This document shows, piece by piece, positions 15,545 through 25,802 of a DNA stretch of 64,000 bases. The translations under genes and the position numbers were made by a program. The DNA comes from an uncultured Pirellulaceae bacterium (GTDB taxonomy: Bacteria > Planctomycetota > Planctomycetia > Pirellulales > Pirellulaceae), in assembly GCA_938082855.1 (NCBI GenBank), contig CALKCC010000082.1, positions 179 to 64,178 on the forward strand. Direction: 5' to 3'. Under the pieces are notes generated by a model, which had not been told where the DNA came from, did no database searches, and saw only the letters and a list, made by a program, of their open reading frames with translations. Each line of letters starts with the position of its first letter. Position 1 is the first letter of the stretch.

Positions 15545-18358
15545 ATGCGTAAGCGATCTAGAACAGACATGAATACTCGCTTACGGGGTGGTGAGCGATT
15601 AGAAGACCGGCGGCTTCTAGCCTCCGGCGGAGGTGTCTGCAACCTATTCACTGACCCAATCACTCCTGAAGTCGCTATCGCCTTTGAACAAAATCAGATT
15701 GACATTGGTGACACGGAGCCCGTCCGCAATCGACGTCAGCCAAGAATTGCATTGCTAGACACGGAATCCTTGGATTTCAATCGCTATAGCCTAAACGCCT
15801 CTGTCTCTGCAGCCATCGATCTTGAAGACACTGGCTGCAAACGTCTATCACACAAAGCTCTCAAGACCACCGGAATCCTGGTTTTCGACTACCAAAATGC
15901 CAACAACTTCAAATTTGCTGGCTTTGATGCCAGACGCAATTTATGGATGATCGGTGCTAATCATGGTGGGAAGCAAAAAATATATGCTCGCCTTCAAGAA
16001 ACCATCGAACTAGATGCGACCTACGATCTAAAGCTGAATGTTGATCACTCTACAGTTGAGTTGTTATCCAATGGATCCTCAAAAGTCTCTCACACCTATC
16101 GAGCCCTCAATCATGAGAATCCAATAGGTCTTGGCACACTACTGCCACGACCAACTCGATTTCAGGACATCGCCATTCAAGACTATTTTCCACTTTCTGA
16201 GACTGTGACGGATGACTTAAAGGTGACACAAGGTGTATCAGAAATCATCGATGTGCTAGCCAACGACGCCGTTGCCTATGATGTTGAGGCTGCTCTTCAA
16301 CTTAACCAAACTGACTACACTCTGGGGCAGGTCTCTATCATCGACAATCAGCTTCATTTCGAAGCAACTGCTAACAACTTTGGGCAGGAAACTATTGAAT
16401 ACGAAGTTGTGGATCAATTTGGAAGAACCGTTACTGGCCATGTCGATATCACTGTCAGTTCAGCTTTTCCCATCGACTTCGATCTGGGCGAATCGGAACT
16501 TGGTTCATTCGAATTACTACGTGGCGATCATTCGTCAATTGAGACTCCAGATGGAAGTCTCCATCGCCTCACAGGACTGGAGCTTTTGGACGTTGGGTTA
16601 CCACCGGACAAATTCACTATGACAACAACCGTCATGACCCACCCCAGCACGCCTCGCATGAATTTTGGTGGACACCTTGTGTTCGACTATTTGGATGACC
16701 GCAACTTCAAATTCGCTGGTATGCTGGCCAAGAAAACGCGCGCGGTCATTGGCGAAGTAAGAAATGGTCGAACGTTTATTTGGAATTCCCAACGCATAAA
16801 TAAAGCTAGCGACCACCAGTACCACCTCAAACTCGTCGTGAATGAAAAGCAAGTGCAGTTGCTCATCAACGACTCGCAGTACATTTCTCGTCAATTCGCC
16901 CAATCTGTCACGTCCGGAAACATCGGATTGAAAGGCCATGGCCGCGGCTCCATTTTTAGCGATCTCAGGCTCGACAATATTAATCAGCCAGCGGTGGCCT
17001 TAAACGATTACCACAAGATTCCAGTCCATCAGGACGTTACACTCAACTACCTGATGAATCTTCCTCCTGATGTGGAGTTATTATCTGCCTCTGCAGCGCA
17101 AGGAACGGTACGAATTGAAGACAACCAACTTATCTACCATTCCGCTCCACATCACTGGGGGCCAACGACCGTTGACTATGAACTCCAATATCCAAACGGA
17201 ACTCAAGTCTCCAATTCACTACCGCTCGCACCAGGTGTCGACTATCCAGCAACCGCTCAACTAACTCAATTCGGCCATCTGGAATCTGCCATCGTGATGA
17301 ATGATCTCGGATTTCAAATTCAGGGCAAGGAGTTCTTCCAGGAAAACCAGTACCCGCTTCCATTTGGCGGTTATGAGAGTGTCACCAACTTTAATATGCT
17401 TTTCCTCAATGAGTTGCTCCCGGAAGATTTTGACATCGTTATGCAGTCTCAAAGTTCCAGCCGAGAAGATTTCGCTGAAGAGTCTGTCATCTTCGACTAT
17501 CGAGATCAGCTCAACTATAAATTCGTCAGCATTGATCGAGCCGTGCGATCAACTCAGTCCTCGACACTCATTGGTACGATCGTCAATTCGATCTTCTATC
17601 CAGTTAACACTTACTGGCATATCGGGGAGGTGGTTAATGGAGAACAGCGTATCTTGAAGCAGACGCGTCGGCGTCTGAACCTGAATTCAAATCTCAATGT
17701 GAAATTACAAGTTAGGGACAACCAAATCGCAGTCCTTGCTAATGGCTCCAGAATCTCAAGCTACGAATTTTCAGAATCACTAAACTACGGCGCCGTCGGA
17801 GCGTACTCTCCGTACTTTGATCGAGCGTATCACACCCTTAGCATTTTAGACCCCAACTCTGCTCCAGACTCTACTGCCACTAATACTCAGCTCGCAGGTG
17901 CCATCTGGCACGAGCACAGCGATCATCTAGAAGTCCAACCGGATCCCCAGGGCTTTTCGGTTCATTTACTCGACGAGCCTTTTGTTGGGCCACGACAAAT
18001 CGAGACCTATCTTACAACGGTCACCAACACAGAAGATGATCTCGCCAATGGCTTTGTTATCTTCGACTATCTGGATCATGAAAACTTCAAGTTAGCCGGC
18101 GTGAAGGTGGGAGGGGATTCCATGCTCGTTGGCGAGGTGGTCGACGGCCATTTCCAAGTATTACGTACAAGAGACCATGCGATGTCCATCGGCCAGGAGA
18201 TGAAACTATTAGTTTCCATCGATCAATCACTTGTTTCGTTAACCGTCGACGATGAAGCAGTAATCACTTATGACTTTGCCGACGACGATCTGGCCCTGCC
18301 GTTTGGATTCGCGACGCAAAAAAGTCCCGCATATTTCAAAAACACACGCATCGGTTAA
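15545..18358 (+). CDS. Large surface/secreted protein: four LamG/ConA-like modules interleaved with two cadherin/Ig-like modules
   Basis: Four internal repeats carry the signature [VI]FDY-x-[DN]-x2-N[FY]KF[AV]G ... IGEV-x-NG. They are aa ~130-275, 375-535, 640-825 and 845-993 of ORF 15377. Two modules show a cadherin/VCBS-like pattern (IDVLANDAV ... IEYEVVD ... VDITV). N-terminal RLEDRRLLA box. The start is taken at ATG 15545, because the upstream part of the ORF is repeat-derived. Confidence 0.7.
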   Translation: MRKRSRTDMNTRLRGGERLEDRRLLASGGGVCNLFTDPITPEVAIAFEQNQIDIGDTEPVRNRRQPRIALLDTESLDFNRYSLNASVSAAIDLEDTGCKRLSHKALKTTGILVFDYQNANNFKFAGFDARRNLWMIGANHGGKQKIYARLQETIELDATYDLKLNVDHSTVELLSNGSSKVSHTYRALNHENPIGLGTLLPRPTRFQDIAIQDYFPLSETVTDDLKVTQGVSEIIDVLANDAVAYDVEAALQLNQTDYTLGQVSIIDNQLHFEATANNFGQETIEYEVVDQFGRTVTGHVDITVSSAFPIDFDLGESELGSFELLRGDHSSIETPDGSLHRLTGLELLDVGLPPDKFTMTTTVMTHPSTPRMNFGGHLVFDYLDDRNFKFAGMLAKKTRAVIGEVRNGRTFIWNSQRINKASDHQYHLKLVVNEKQVQLLINDSQYISRQFAQSVTSGNIGLKGHGRGSIFSDLRLDNINQPAVALNDYHKIPVHQDVTLNYLMNLPPDVELLSASAAQGTVRIEDNQLIYHSAPHHWGPTTVDYELQYPNGTQVSNSLPLAPGVDYPATAQLTQFGHLESAIVMNDLGFQIQGKEFFQENQYPLPFGGYESVTNFNMLFLNELLPEDFDIVMQSQSSSREDFAEESVIFDYRDQLNYKFVSIDRAVRSTQSSTLIGTIVNSIFYPVNTYWHIGEVVNGEQRILKQTRRRLNLNSNLNVKLQVRDNQIAVLANGSRISSYEFSESLNYGAVGAYSPYFDRAYHTLSILDPNSAPDSTATNTQLAGAIWHEHSDHLEVQPDPQGFSVHLLDEPFVGPRQIETYLTTVTNTEDDLANGFVIFDYLDHENFKLAGVKVGGDSMLVGEVVDGHFQVLRTRDHAMSIGQEMKLLVSIDQSLVSLTVDDEAVITYDFADDDLALPFGFATQKSPAYFKNTRIG

Positions 18359-18401
18359 GCTAAATGAAGGTTTAAACTAAAACCTAGCTTTTAACTTTTT
18401 T
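18357..18401 (+). terminator. Possible rho-independent terminator
   Basis: AT-rich interrupted hairpin (AAGCTA...AGGTTT aaacta AAACCT TAGCTT) followed by TTAACTTTTTT, immediately after the stop at 18358. Confidence 0.4.
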
Positions 18402-18417
18402 AGGAAGCCCGTTTCCG

Positions 18418-20151
18418 ATGTTTCTACGAATTAGCATTCTGTTCATCACCTGTCTCACAACAGGCTTAGTGCACGCACAACACGATCTCGACCGCCTCCT
18501 ACCTGCGACCACAGCAGCGGCGTTCAAGATCAATCACGCCGGGCAGATTGTCGACGACATTCTGGCTCATCCACTCGTTCAGGCGGCCGAGGAAGCCGGA
18601 GCCTATAAAGACGCTTTGCCGGAACAGCAGGCCGCCCAATTGGATGCCATTAAGGCTCAAATCAAAGCTTCAATCGGAGTTGAATGGAACCAAGCAATTG
18701 CTCAACTCACCTCGAAAGGAATTGTCCTAGCCTACGATCCACCTACAAACGGAGTCAGCCTCATTATCCAGGGAGAGGAAGAGACATTAACCAAGGTCTT
18801 TGACATCCTGTATAAGACCATCGAGCCAATCGTCGCGCTCGGTGGAAAGTCAATCAACAAGGGGCTCTATCGGGATACCATTACAGGCTACCAAATCGAC
18901 GACCTTCGTTTCGCTCTCTACGAAGGCACATTTGTGATGACAAATTCCCGGGACCTCGGAAGATTCACGTTAGATGCTTTGCTTGGCGAACCACCAACCA
19001 AAACGCTGGCCGACAATCCGACATTTCAACAAGCCACCGAGTCGACCAAGCCGAATGACCACTCCGTTTGGTTCTGGGCCGACTCCAAACTTGCCGCTCA
19101 AACGGGAGGAATGGATCAACTCGATGAATCTATGAAACAAAACATGCTGGCCGAATTGCTCTTCGGCGGTATCACCAATCAGCTGAAACACTCGCAGTAC
19201 ACCACTGCCACGCTCGACTTTAATAAGGAACAACTCCGATTCGCATTTCGAACTGCCCACGATCAGGCATGGATTCCTGAGCGTCGACACTATTACTTTG
19301 GGGCAGATGGCAGGGGGGAGGCGCCACCTCTACTCCAACCCAAGGGAACGATCTCGTCGATCTCCATGTACCGCGATCTGGCGCCATGGTATCTCTTGGG
19401 ACCCGAACTATATACACCTGAAGTCAATGAGGGAATCGCTCAGGCCGATTCTCAGCTATCAACCTTTCTAGGTGGAAAGGATTTTGGTGAAGATATTCTT
19501 GGCGCTCTCGAACCAGGCTTTCAAATTGTTGTAGCCGATACTGAATTCGAAGAAGGTGCGCCTGTTCCGGATCTTAAGATTCCTTCCTTCGCCATGGTGG
19601 CAAATTTACGAGATCCAGAGGTTATTAAGCCTGAGCTACGGCGACAGTTCATTAATTTTGTTGGCTTCTTGAATCTGGTTAGCGGTATGGAGGGTGGCAA
19701 GCAGTTGGACCTTGATATCCAAAGCAAAGATGACAATGTCATCCTCACCACTGCCTTTTTGAAGCCTCAGCCTAATCAGCCGATCTCCATCGAATACAAT
19801 TTCACTCCAACGCTGATTATGACAGACGAGTTATTCATTTTAGCCAGCACCAAAGCATTGGCCTCGAACCTGCAAGATCCAAAGGTAGCAAAGGGCAGTA
19901 AGGCCAACCGTTCTACTATCAACTCCCAGTTCCTACTTTATGGTGCTGCCTTAAAACACATCCTCGAGAAAAACAAAGAGTTCTTAATTACCCAAAATAT
20001 GCTCGACAAAGGCTCCACTCGTGAACAGGCAACAGACGAAGTCACACTAATACTTCAGGCCACCGAGATACTAAAAATGCTCGAAATCAAACTCGAGCAT
20101 ACCGACTCTGAACTCACCTTCACTTTCGATATGTCATTCAAGGTGGAGTGA
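18418..20151 (+). CDS. Hypothetical secreted protein
   Basis: 577-aa ORF with signal peptide MFLRISILFITCLTTGLVHA. No family recognised. Its stop lies next to the start of the DUF1800 gene. Confidence 0.6.
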   Translation: MFLRISILFITCLTTGLVHAQHDLDRLLPATTAAAFKINHAGQIVDDILAHPLVQAAEEAGAYKDALPEQQAAQLDAIKAQIKASIGVEWNQAIAQLTSKGIVLAYDPPTNGVSLIIQGEEETLTKVFDILYKTIEPIVALGGKSINKGLYRDTITGYQIDDLRFALYEGTFVMTNSRDLGRFTLDALLGEPPTKTLADNPTFQQATESTKPNDHSVWFWADSKLAAQTGGMDQLDESMKQNMLAELLFGGITNQLKHSQYTTATLDFNKEQLRFAFRTAHDQAWIPERRHYYFGADGRGEAPPLLQPKGTISSISMYRDLAPWYLLGPELYTPEVNEGIAQADSQLSTFLGGKDFGEDILGALEPGFQIVVADTEFEEGAPVPDLKIPSFAMVANLRDPEVIKPELRRQFINFVGFLNLVSGMEGGKQLDLDIQSKDDNVILTTAFLKPQPNQPISIEYNFTPTLIMTDELFILASTKALASNLQDPKVAKGSKANRSTINSQFLLYGAALKHILEKNKEFLITQNMLDKGSTREQATDEVTLILQATEILKMLEIKLEHTDSELTFTFDMSFKVE

Positions 20152-20156
20152 ATACT

Positions 20157-21512
20157 ATGAAGCCATACGTGGACCCCCAATGGGCCTGGGCGGAATTTAA
20201 GCCCACCGAATCTGATCCCTGGAATGAGCACAAAGTCGCACATCTTTTTCGTCGAGCTGGGTTTGGTTTAACCGGTACCCAATTATCAAATGCAATCGAC
20301 GCCGGATTGTCTGAAACCGTCCAAAGCTTGGTCCACGAGAGTGGCGAGCCCGAAGAATTTCAACGGGATATGCAAGCCATGACTCGGTCGCTCGTTGCGA
20401 GCAGTGACCCTGCCAATCTCTCCTCCGGCTGGCTTTACCGCATGCTCAAGTCCACCGATCAGCTCCGTGAGAAACTCACGCTGTTTTGGCATGGGCACTT
20501 TGCCACCAGTGCCGAAAAAGTTGCAGATGCTTTCATGATGCAACAACAGAATTCAATGTTGCGACAGCATTCACTCGGTAACTTCCATGACTTAGCACAG
20601 GGTATCTCCAAAGACCCGGCGATGTTGCTATATCTTGATTCTGCCACCAATCGCAAGACGCATCCCAATGAGAACTTTGCTCGGGAATTGATGGAATTGT
20701 TCTGCCTGGGTGAAGGAAACTATACCGAAACAGACATCCGGGAATTGTCTCGGTGCTTTACCGGCTGGGAAGTTCGTAATCGAGCTTATCGATTCAATCG
20801 GTACCAGCACGACTTCAATGAAAAATCATTCCTTGGAGCGTCCAAAGCTTTCTCTGGTGAGGAAGCCGTCACCCATGTTGTCGCTCAAAAATCAGCACCT
20901 AAGTTTATCGCTCGCAAACTTGTTCAGTACCTGGTCATGGACGAGCCTCTCGCCGATGACGAACTGATCGAACCTCTTGCCAATCAACTGGAAGAAGATG
21001 GCTTCGAAGTCCTAGGGACAATCAAACGAATCCTGCTTAGTAATCTGTTCTTTTCCGAACATAGTTACGCTCGCAAAATTAAATCCCCGGTCGAAATGGC
21101 AATCGGGTTAATGCGATCGCTTGATATGAATACAAAACTACCGGACCTCCATCGCACATTGGGCGAAGTCGGGCAGGCTGTTTTCTATCCCCCTAATGTC
21201 AAAGGCTGGGAAGGTGGCCGCATTTGGATCAATTCTTCGACTCTTTTGGGACGATCCAATCTGATTCATTCCTTACTCACCACTCCAAATACGACGTTTG
21301 GAGGAGAGGACCTTTCCGGGCTATTAGCCTCGAGAGAAGTGCACACTATGCAACAGGCTCTCGATCACTTTGAAACATTATTGCTCGCCGTTCCGTTGGG
21401 TAGTCGAGTTAAACAACAGATCCTATCCGCCCAACAAACAGCGCCGTCTGACGATTCGTTTTCGAATCTACTCCATCAGTTAGCAACGCTTCCTCAATTT
21501 CAACTGAGTTAA
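20157..21512 (+). CDS. DUF1800 family protein
   Basis: Hallmark LFWHGHFATS motif and ~450 aa length. ATG at 20157 is preceded by GGTGGAG. It is followed by its usual partner, DUF1501. Confidence 0.85.
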   Translation: MKPYVDPQWAWAEFKPTESDPWNEHKVAHLFRRAGFGLTGTQLSNAIDAGLSETVQSLVHESGEPEEFQRDMQAMTRSLVASSDPANLSSGWLYRMLKSTDQLREKLTLFWHGHFATSAEKVADAFMMQQQNSMLRQHSLGNFHDLAQGISKDPAMLLYLDSATNRKTHPNENFARELMELFCLGEGNYTETDIRELSRCFTGWEVRNRAYRFNRYQHDFNEKSFLGASKAFSGEEAVTHVVAQKSAPKFIARKLVQYLVMDEPLADDELIEPLANQLEEDGFEVLGTIKRILLSNLFFSEHSYARKIKSPVEMAIGLMRSLDMNTKLPDLHRTLGEVGQAVFYPPNVKGWEGGRIWINSSTLLGRSNLIHSLLTTPNTTFGGEDLSGLLASREVHTMQQALDHFETLLLAVPLGSRVKQQILSAQQTAPSDDSFSNLLHQLATLPQFQLS

Positions 21513-21516
21513 CCCC

Positions 21517-22746
21517 ATGACCAACACACAATCCTTATCCCGACGTTCGATGATGCTCCGCTCTGCTGCTTGCGGAACTGTAATGTCCGTCGGAGCCAAC
21601 ACAGCAGTGTTGCCTTCCTTTCTGATGGGCGCGCCACAGTCAACCACCGAAAATGTGCTAGTTGTTCTGCAGCTCAGTGGAGGGAACGACGGACTCAATA
21701 CGGTCATTCCATTCGACCATCCTGTCTATCAGAAGAATCGCCCTAGCTTGGCAGTTGGTAAAGATCAGGTCTTAGCTATTGAACAGAATCTGGGATTTCA
21801 TCCCGTTGCAACCGGCCTTAGCACGTTGCTGGAACAAAGCCAATTGTCCATTATTCAAGGCGTAGGCTATCCAAACCCTAATCGCTCGCATTTCGAATCG
21901 ATGGACATATGGCATACCTGCCGTCGTAAAGACGCAGTGCGAGATCAAGGTTGGATCGGCGCAAGTGTAAATCAACATTTAACTCGACAGGACAACGACA
22001 CTCCGATCCTCCATCTCGGGTCAGAGAAGCAACCTCTCGCCTTAACCGCGACGGACCCGCGTTCCATTTCCATCCGATCTCTCGACCAATTTAAACTACA
22101 GGCTAATCAGGAACAAATTACCAGCGTCGTACAAACGACCAACGCTGACGATGACTCCAACGCATTGCTCGGTTTTCTACAATCCTCTACCGCCTCTGCA
22201 TTAAAGACAAGTGAGCAATTACTACGATCGGCCGCATCCAAAACCCGAGATAACGATGGGGCAGCTTATCCGCAGCATCGGTTAGCTCAAAAGCTACAAA
22301 CGATCGCCAAGCTCATTGATAGCCCGCTTAAGACTCGAGTTTATTATGTAACACTTGATGGATTTGATACCCATGCCCAACAAGCCGGTGCTCACGAGAG
22401 CCTGTTAGGCCAGTTAAGTTCTGCGTTGGCGGCCTTTGTTGCTGATTTGAAACAACGCCATCAGGGCCAGCGTGTGACCACCATGGTCTTCAGTGAGTTT
22501 GGCCGCCGCCTGGCAGAAAATGCTTCTAAAGGCACGGACCACGGAGCAGCTGGGCCTATGTTTCTGGCGGGTGAAGGCATCTTGCCTGGATTGATCGGCA
22601 AACATCCTTCACTAACTGAATTACAGCAAGGTGACTTGAAGCATCAATTCGATTTCCGACAAGTCTATGCGTCGGTTCTACAATGGATGGGCTGGGAAGA
22701 TGACGCTCTGGGCGGAGCGTTTAAGCCACTCGAGCTCTTTACATAG
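21517..22746 (+). CDS. DUF1501 family protein (sulfatase/phosphatase-superfamily-like), Tat signal
   Basis: Twin-arginine-like N-terminus (SRRSMMLRSAACG). Motifs GGNDGLN, YPNPNRSHF, DGFDTHAQQ and GTDHGAAG are typical of DUF1501. Confidence 0.9.
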   Translation: MTNTQSLSRRSMMLRSAACGTVMSVGANTAVLPSFLMGAPQSTTENVLVVLQLSGGNDGLNTVIPFDHPVYQKNRPSLAVGKDQVLAIEQNLGFHPVATGLSTLLEQSQLSIIQGVGYPNPNRSHFESMDIWHTCRRKDAVRDQGWIGASVNQHLTRQDNDTPILHLGSEKQPLALTATDPRSISIRSLDQFKLQANQEQITSVVQTTNADDDSNALLGFLQSSTASALKTSEQLLRSAASKTRDNDGAAYPQHRLAQKLQTIAKLIDSPLKTRVYYVTLDGFDTHAQQAGAHESLLGQLSSALAAFVADLKQRHQGQRVTTMVFSEFGRRLAENASKGTDHGAAGPMFLAGEGILPGLIGKHPSLTELQQGDLKHQFDFRQVYASVLQWMGWEDDALGGAFKPLELFT

Positions 22747-22847
22747 ACTGACTTCGACCGAGCCGCTTGCCGATATAAACCTAAGAGTAGCACTTCGTTT
22801 TTCTGTTACTATAAATAGTAATGGAATGCACTACGTAAGAGACCGTT

Positions 22848-24260
22848 ATGTTATCAATACAAGATCACGGAGCCAAACTTTGCGACGGGTTAACCCGACG
22901 GGAAGCCCTGCGCGTAGGTGGTATTGGACTCGGCGGATTATCACTGTCAAGTCTGCTACGGAATCGAGCGTCAGCCAATCCTGCCGCGACATCCAACATT
23001 CCTGGATTCGGGAAGGCCAAATCTATAATCGTCTTTGGCTTGGTCGGCGGACTACCGCAACATGAAAGCTGGGATCCCAAACCCAACGCGCCCGAGGAAA
23101 TTCGCGGGGAATTTGGTACAACCAGTACCAAAACGCCAGGATTTCAGATCGGCGAATTGATGCCCAAGACGGCTCAATTGACTGACAAAATTGCCGTCCT
23201 ACGTTCGGTCGTCACTAATGACAATGCTCATTCATCGAGTGGCTATCAAATGCTAACAGGCATTGAACATAGTCCACTTAACCGGGAAAGTGCTTTACCC
23301 GGACCCCCTAACGACCATCCCAGTCTGGCTGCCGTCATCCGCGCCTTACGTGAAGACAAAGGCCTGCCTTCCTCGGTTGTCATACCCGAACATATTTGGA
23401 ATGACGGTAACAAACCCTGGCCGGGACAGGATGCAGGGTTTATTGGCCGTGCTCACGATCCTTGGTTGATCAAATGCTACCCGAATGAAAATCGCTTTGA
23501 TGTACCTGGGATGACTTTGGCTGAAGAATTAACTCAACTGAGAGTCAACAATCGCCAATCTCTGTTGTCACAGATCAACCAGACGCAAAACACATTGGCT
23601 GAATCGGAAGCCGTTCAGACATTCAATATTCATTCTCAGAAGGCTTACAGTCTACTGGGATCAGGCGCCGCTCGTGACGCTTTTGACTTATCCCAAGAGT
23701 CTGAACAGACTCGCGAGCGATATGGAGAAGGGCGGTTTGCTCAAAGTTGCCTATTGGCACGCCGGCTGGTGGAAGCAGAAGTATCGTTGGTGCAAATCAA
23801 CTGGACACGCGTTGTCGACGATCGCAAGTTTGAAAATCAAGGAGGCTGGGATACCCACAAAAAGCACAGCCAGTCTCTCAAAGAACATTTGATGCCGAGT
23901 ATGGATCAGACGTTTAGCGCATTGGTCGAAGATCTGGACCAACGAGGATTGCTCGACGAAACGTTGGTTATCATGTTCAGCGAATTTGGACACACTCCGA
24001 AATTTAACGGCAATGCCGGGCGAGACCACTGGGGTAATGTCTTTTCTGTGGCTCTAGCTGGTGGCGGAGTGCAGGGTGGCGCAGTACATGGAGTCACCGA
24101 TAAACAGGCGGCATTCCCAATCGAAGGTGCTGTACGGCCGCGGGATTTACTAGCTACGGTTTATCACCTGATGGGTTATCCACCGCATACCGAAGTTTAC
24201 GACCCTGTGAATCGACCGATCCAAATCAGTCGAGGTGAAGTCATTCAGGAAATCCTCTGA
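22848..24260 (+). CDS. DUF1501 family protein, Tat signal
   Basis: N-terminus TRREALRVGGIGLGG. Motifs GGWDTHKKH, EFGHTPKFN and GRDHWG are typical of planctomycetal DUF1501 proteins. Confidence 0.9.
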   Translation: MLSIQDHGAKLCDGLTRREALRVGGIGLGGLSLSSLLRNRASANPAATSNIPGFGKAKSIIVFGLVGGLPQHESWDPKPNAPEEIRGEFGTTSTKTPGFQIGELMPKTAQLTDKIAVLRSVVTNDNAHSSSGYQMLTGIEHSPLNRESALPGPPNDHPSLAAVIRALREDKGLPSSVVIPEHIWNDGNKPWPGQDAGFIGRAHDPWLIKCYPNENRFDVPGMTLAEELTQLRVNNRQSLLSQINQTQNTLAESEAVQTFNIHSQKAYSLLGSGAARDAFDLSQESEQTRERYGEGRFAQSCLLARRLVEAEVSLVQINWTRVVDDRKFENQGGWDTHKKHSQSLKEHLMPSMDQTFSALVEDLDQRGLLDETLVIMFSEFGHTPKFNGNAGRDHWGNVFSVALAGGGVQGGAVHGVTDKQAAFPIEGAVRPRDLLATVYHLMGYPPHTEVYDPVNRPIQISRGEVIQEIL

Positions 24261-24280
24261 CTCACAGCGATCCGTCATAA

Positions 24281-24316
24281 AAATAGCCGCCCTGTCATCC
24301 AGAGCGGCTTCTTTTA
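24281..24316. terminator. Possible bidirectional terminator between convergent genes
   Basis: 6-bp stem AGCCGC (24285-24290) / GCGGCT (24304-24309), flanked by an A-run upstream and TCTTTTA downstream. It lies between the stops at 24260 (+) and 24338 (-). Confidence 0.5.
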
Positions 24317-24337
24317 TGCATATAGAAATCAAATGGT

Positions 24338-25696
24338 TTAATACTCGAAGTCAGGATTTAAGCCTGGCATTGGAATCGGGTATTTCCCATCTGCGAACGG
24401 CTGCAAGACGGAGTCTCCATCAAGCGTCAGGTTTTCAATGCCGTCACCAAAGTCGGCTTCATGGTTAAGCATGTCATCAATCGTAACGCTCTGACCAGTG
24501 TGAGCTGCCAGACGTCCCATCGAAGTCACGAGGCTTGCCATCGTACCGCGAGGAGCTTCGTTGTACTCCAGATCATTTCGAATCGCGTCGATGTAATGAT
24601 TCCACTCGAGTTGATATGGATTCGGCTCAGGCTTACCCCAGTCCCATGCCAGATTTTCTTTGACCATCGCATGGCCGTTATAAATCCGAGCTTTGGAAGG
24701 TGCGTGTCCTGATTGAGAAATCACAGCAATCCCTTTAGAGCCATGAGCATAACTTGCGAACTCGTTATGGCATCCAGGAATTGTTCGCCCATTCATAAAG
24801 GCTTTCGTACCATCTTCAAAAGTGTATTCGATTGCATAGGTATCGAAATTCTGATCGATGTTATCACCTCGGTAATGACGTCCGCCAGAAGCCTTCGCCG
24901 AAACTGGCCAGGCGTCTTTCATCCAGCACATCTCATCAATGTTGTGAATCAAAAAGTCTGACACAGCTCCACCACTAAGCCACAGGAAACCATGGAAGTT
25001 CTTAATCTGATACATCAGATCTGAGATACCTTCAGGTTTTGGAGGGACAGCGGCATAACCGGTCGGCCCGGCCATACGGTAGGCTCGCAACATGTTGACT
25101 TCACCGATTTCACCATTTTGAATTCGATCAAAGAGTTCATTTCGAGCATCACAGTGGCGACACATTAAGCCCACAGCCACCTTCAGATTTTTCTCGGTAG
25201 CTTTTTCTGCTAAGTCAAACATCTTCTTGGAACCGGGACCATCGACCGTCACGGGCTTTTCCATGAATACGTTCAAACCCTTTTCAATGGCATAGCCGAA
25301 GTGGAGCCATCGGAAGGCAGGAGGAGTTGTCAGGATCACAACATCGCCAGGGTTGAGACAATCCATTGCTTTCTTATAAGCATCAAAGCCCAGGAACTTT
25401 CGATCATCCGGCACTTCAACGGACTTAGGAAATTTGCGAACGAGACTTTCATAACTGGCTTTCTGGCGATGTTCAAAGACATCTCCCATGGCAACTAGTT
25501 TGATTTTCTCTTCCGGAACGCTCAACGCATTCGAGGCAGCACCTGTTCCGCGACCACCACAGCCAACCAAAGCAACCTGAATGGTTCCATCGGCAGCAGC
25601 GTGCACAGGAGTAACTGCGGTTAAAACACCACTGGCTGCAGCGACGGCGCCCGTGGTTTTGAGGAAGTCGCGTCGTGAGTTATTACTCTCGCTCAT
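24338..25696 (-). CDS. Gfo/Idh/MocA-family oxidoreductase with Tat signal
   Basis: N-terminus SRRDFLKTTGAVAAASG (twin-arginine) and Rossmann motif VALVGCGGRG. Length ~450 aa, typical of exported planctomycetal Gfo/Idh/MocA proteins. Confidence 0.9.
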   Translation of the reverse strand: MSESNNSRRDFLKTTGAVAAASGVLTAVTPVHAAADGTIQVALVGCGGRGTGAASNALSVPEEKIKLVAMGDVFEHRQKASYESLVRKFPKSVEVPDDRKFLGFDAYKKAMDCLNPGDVVILTTPPAFRWLHFGYAIEKGLNVFMEKPVTVDGPGSKKMFDLAEKATEKNLKVAVGLMCRHCDARNELFDRIQNGEIGEVNMLRAYRMAGPTGYAAVPPKPEGISDLMYQIKNFHGFLWLSGGAVSDFLIHNIDEMCWMKDAWPVSAKASGGRHYRGDNIDQNFDTYAIEYTFEDGTKAFMNGRTIPGCHNEFASYAHGSKGIAVISQSGHAPSKARIYNGHAMVKENLAWDWGKPEPNPYQLEWNHYIDAIRNDLEYNEAPRGTMASLVTSMGRLAAHTGQSVTIDDMLNHEADFGDGIENLTLDGDSVLQPFADGKYPIPMPGLNPDFEY

Positions 25697-25802
25697 CGTA
25701 TATTTCCTTGTCTCTTTCTATTTAACTTTTAATAATTGCATGCCTGAATTTTAAACCACACCAACGCCGAATACCATAAACGGCCTCGGCGGAAGATGTC
25801 GT

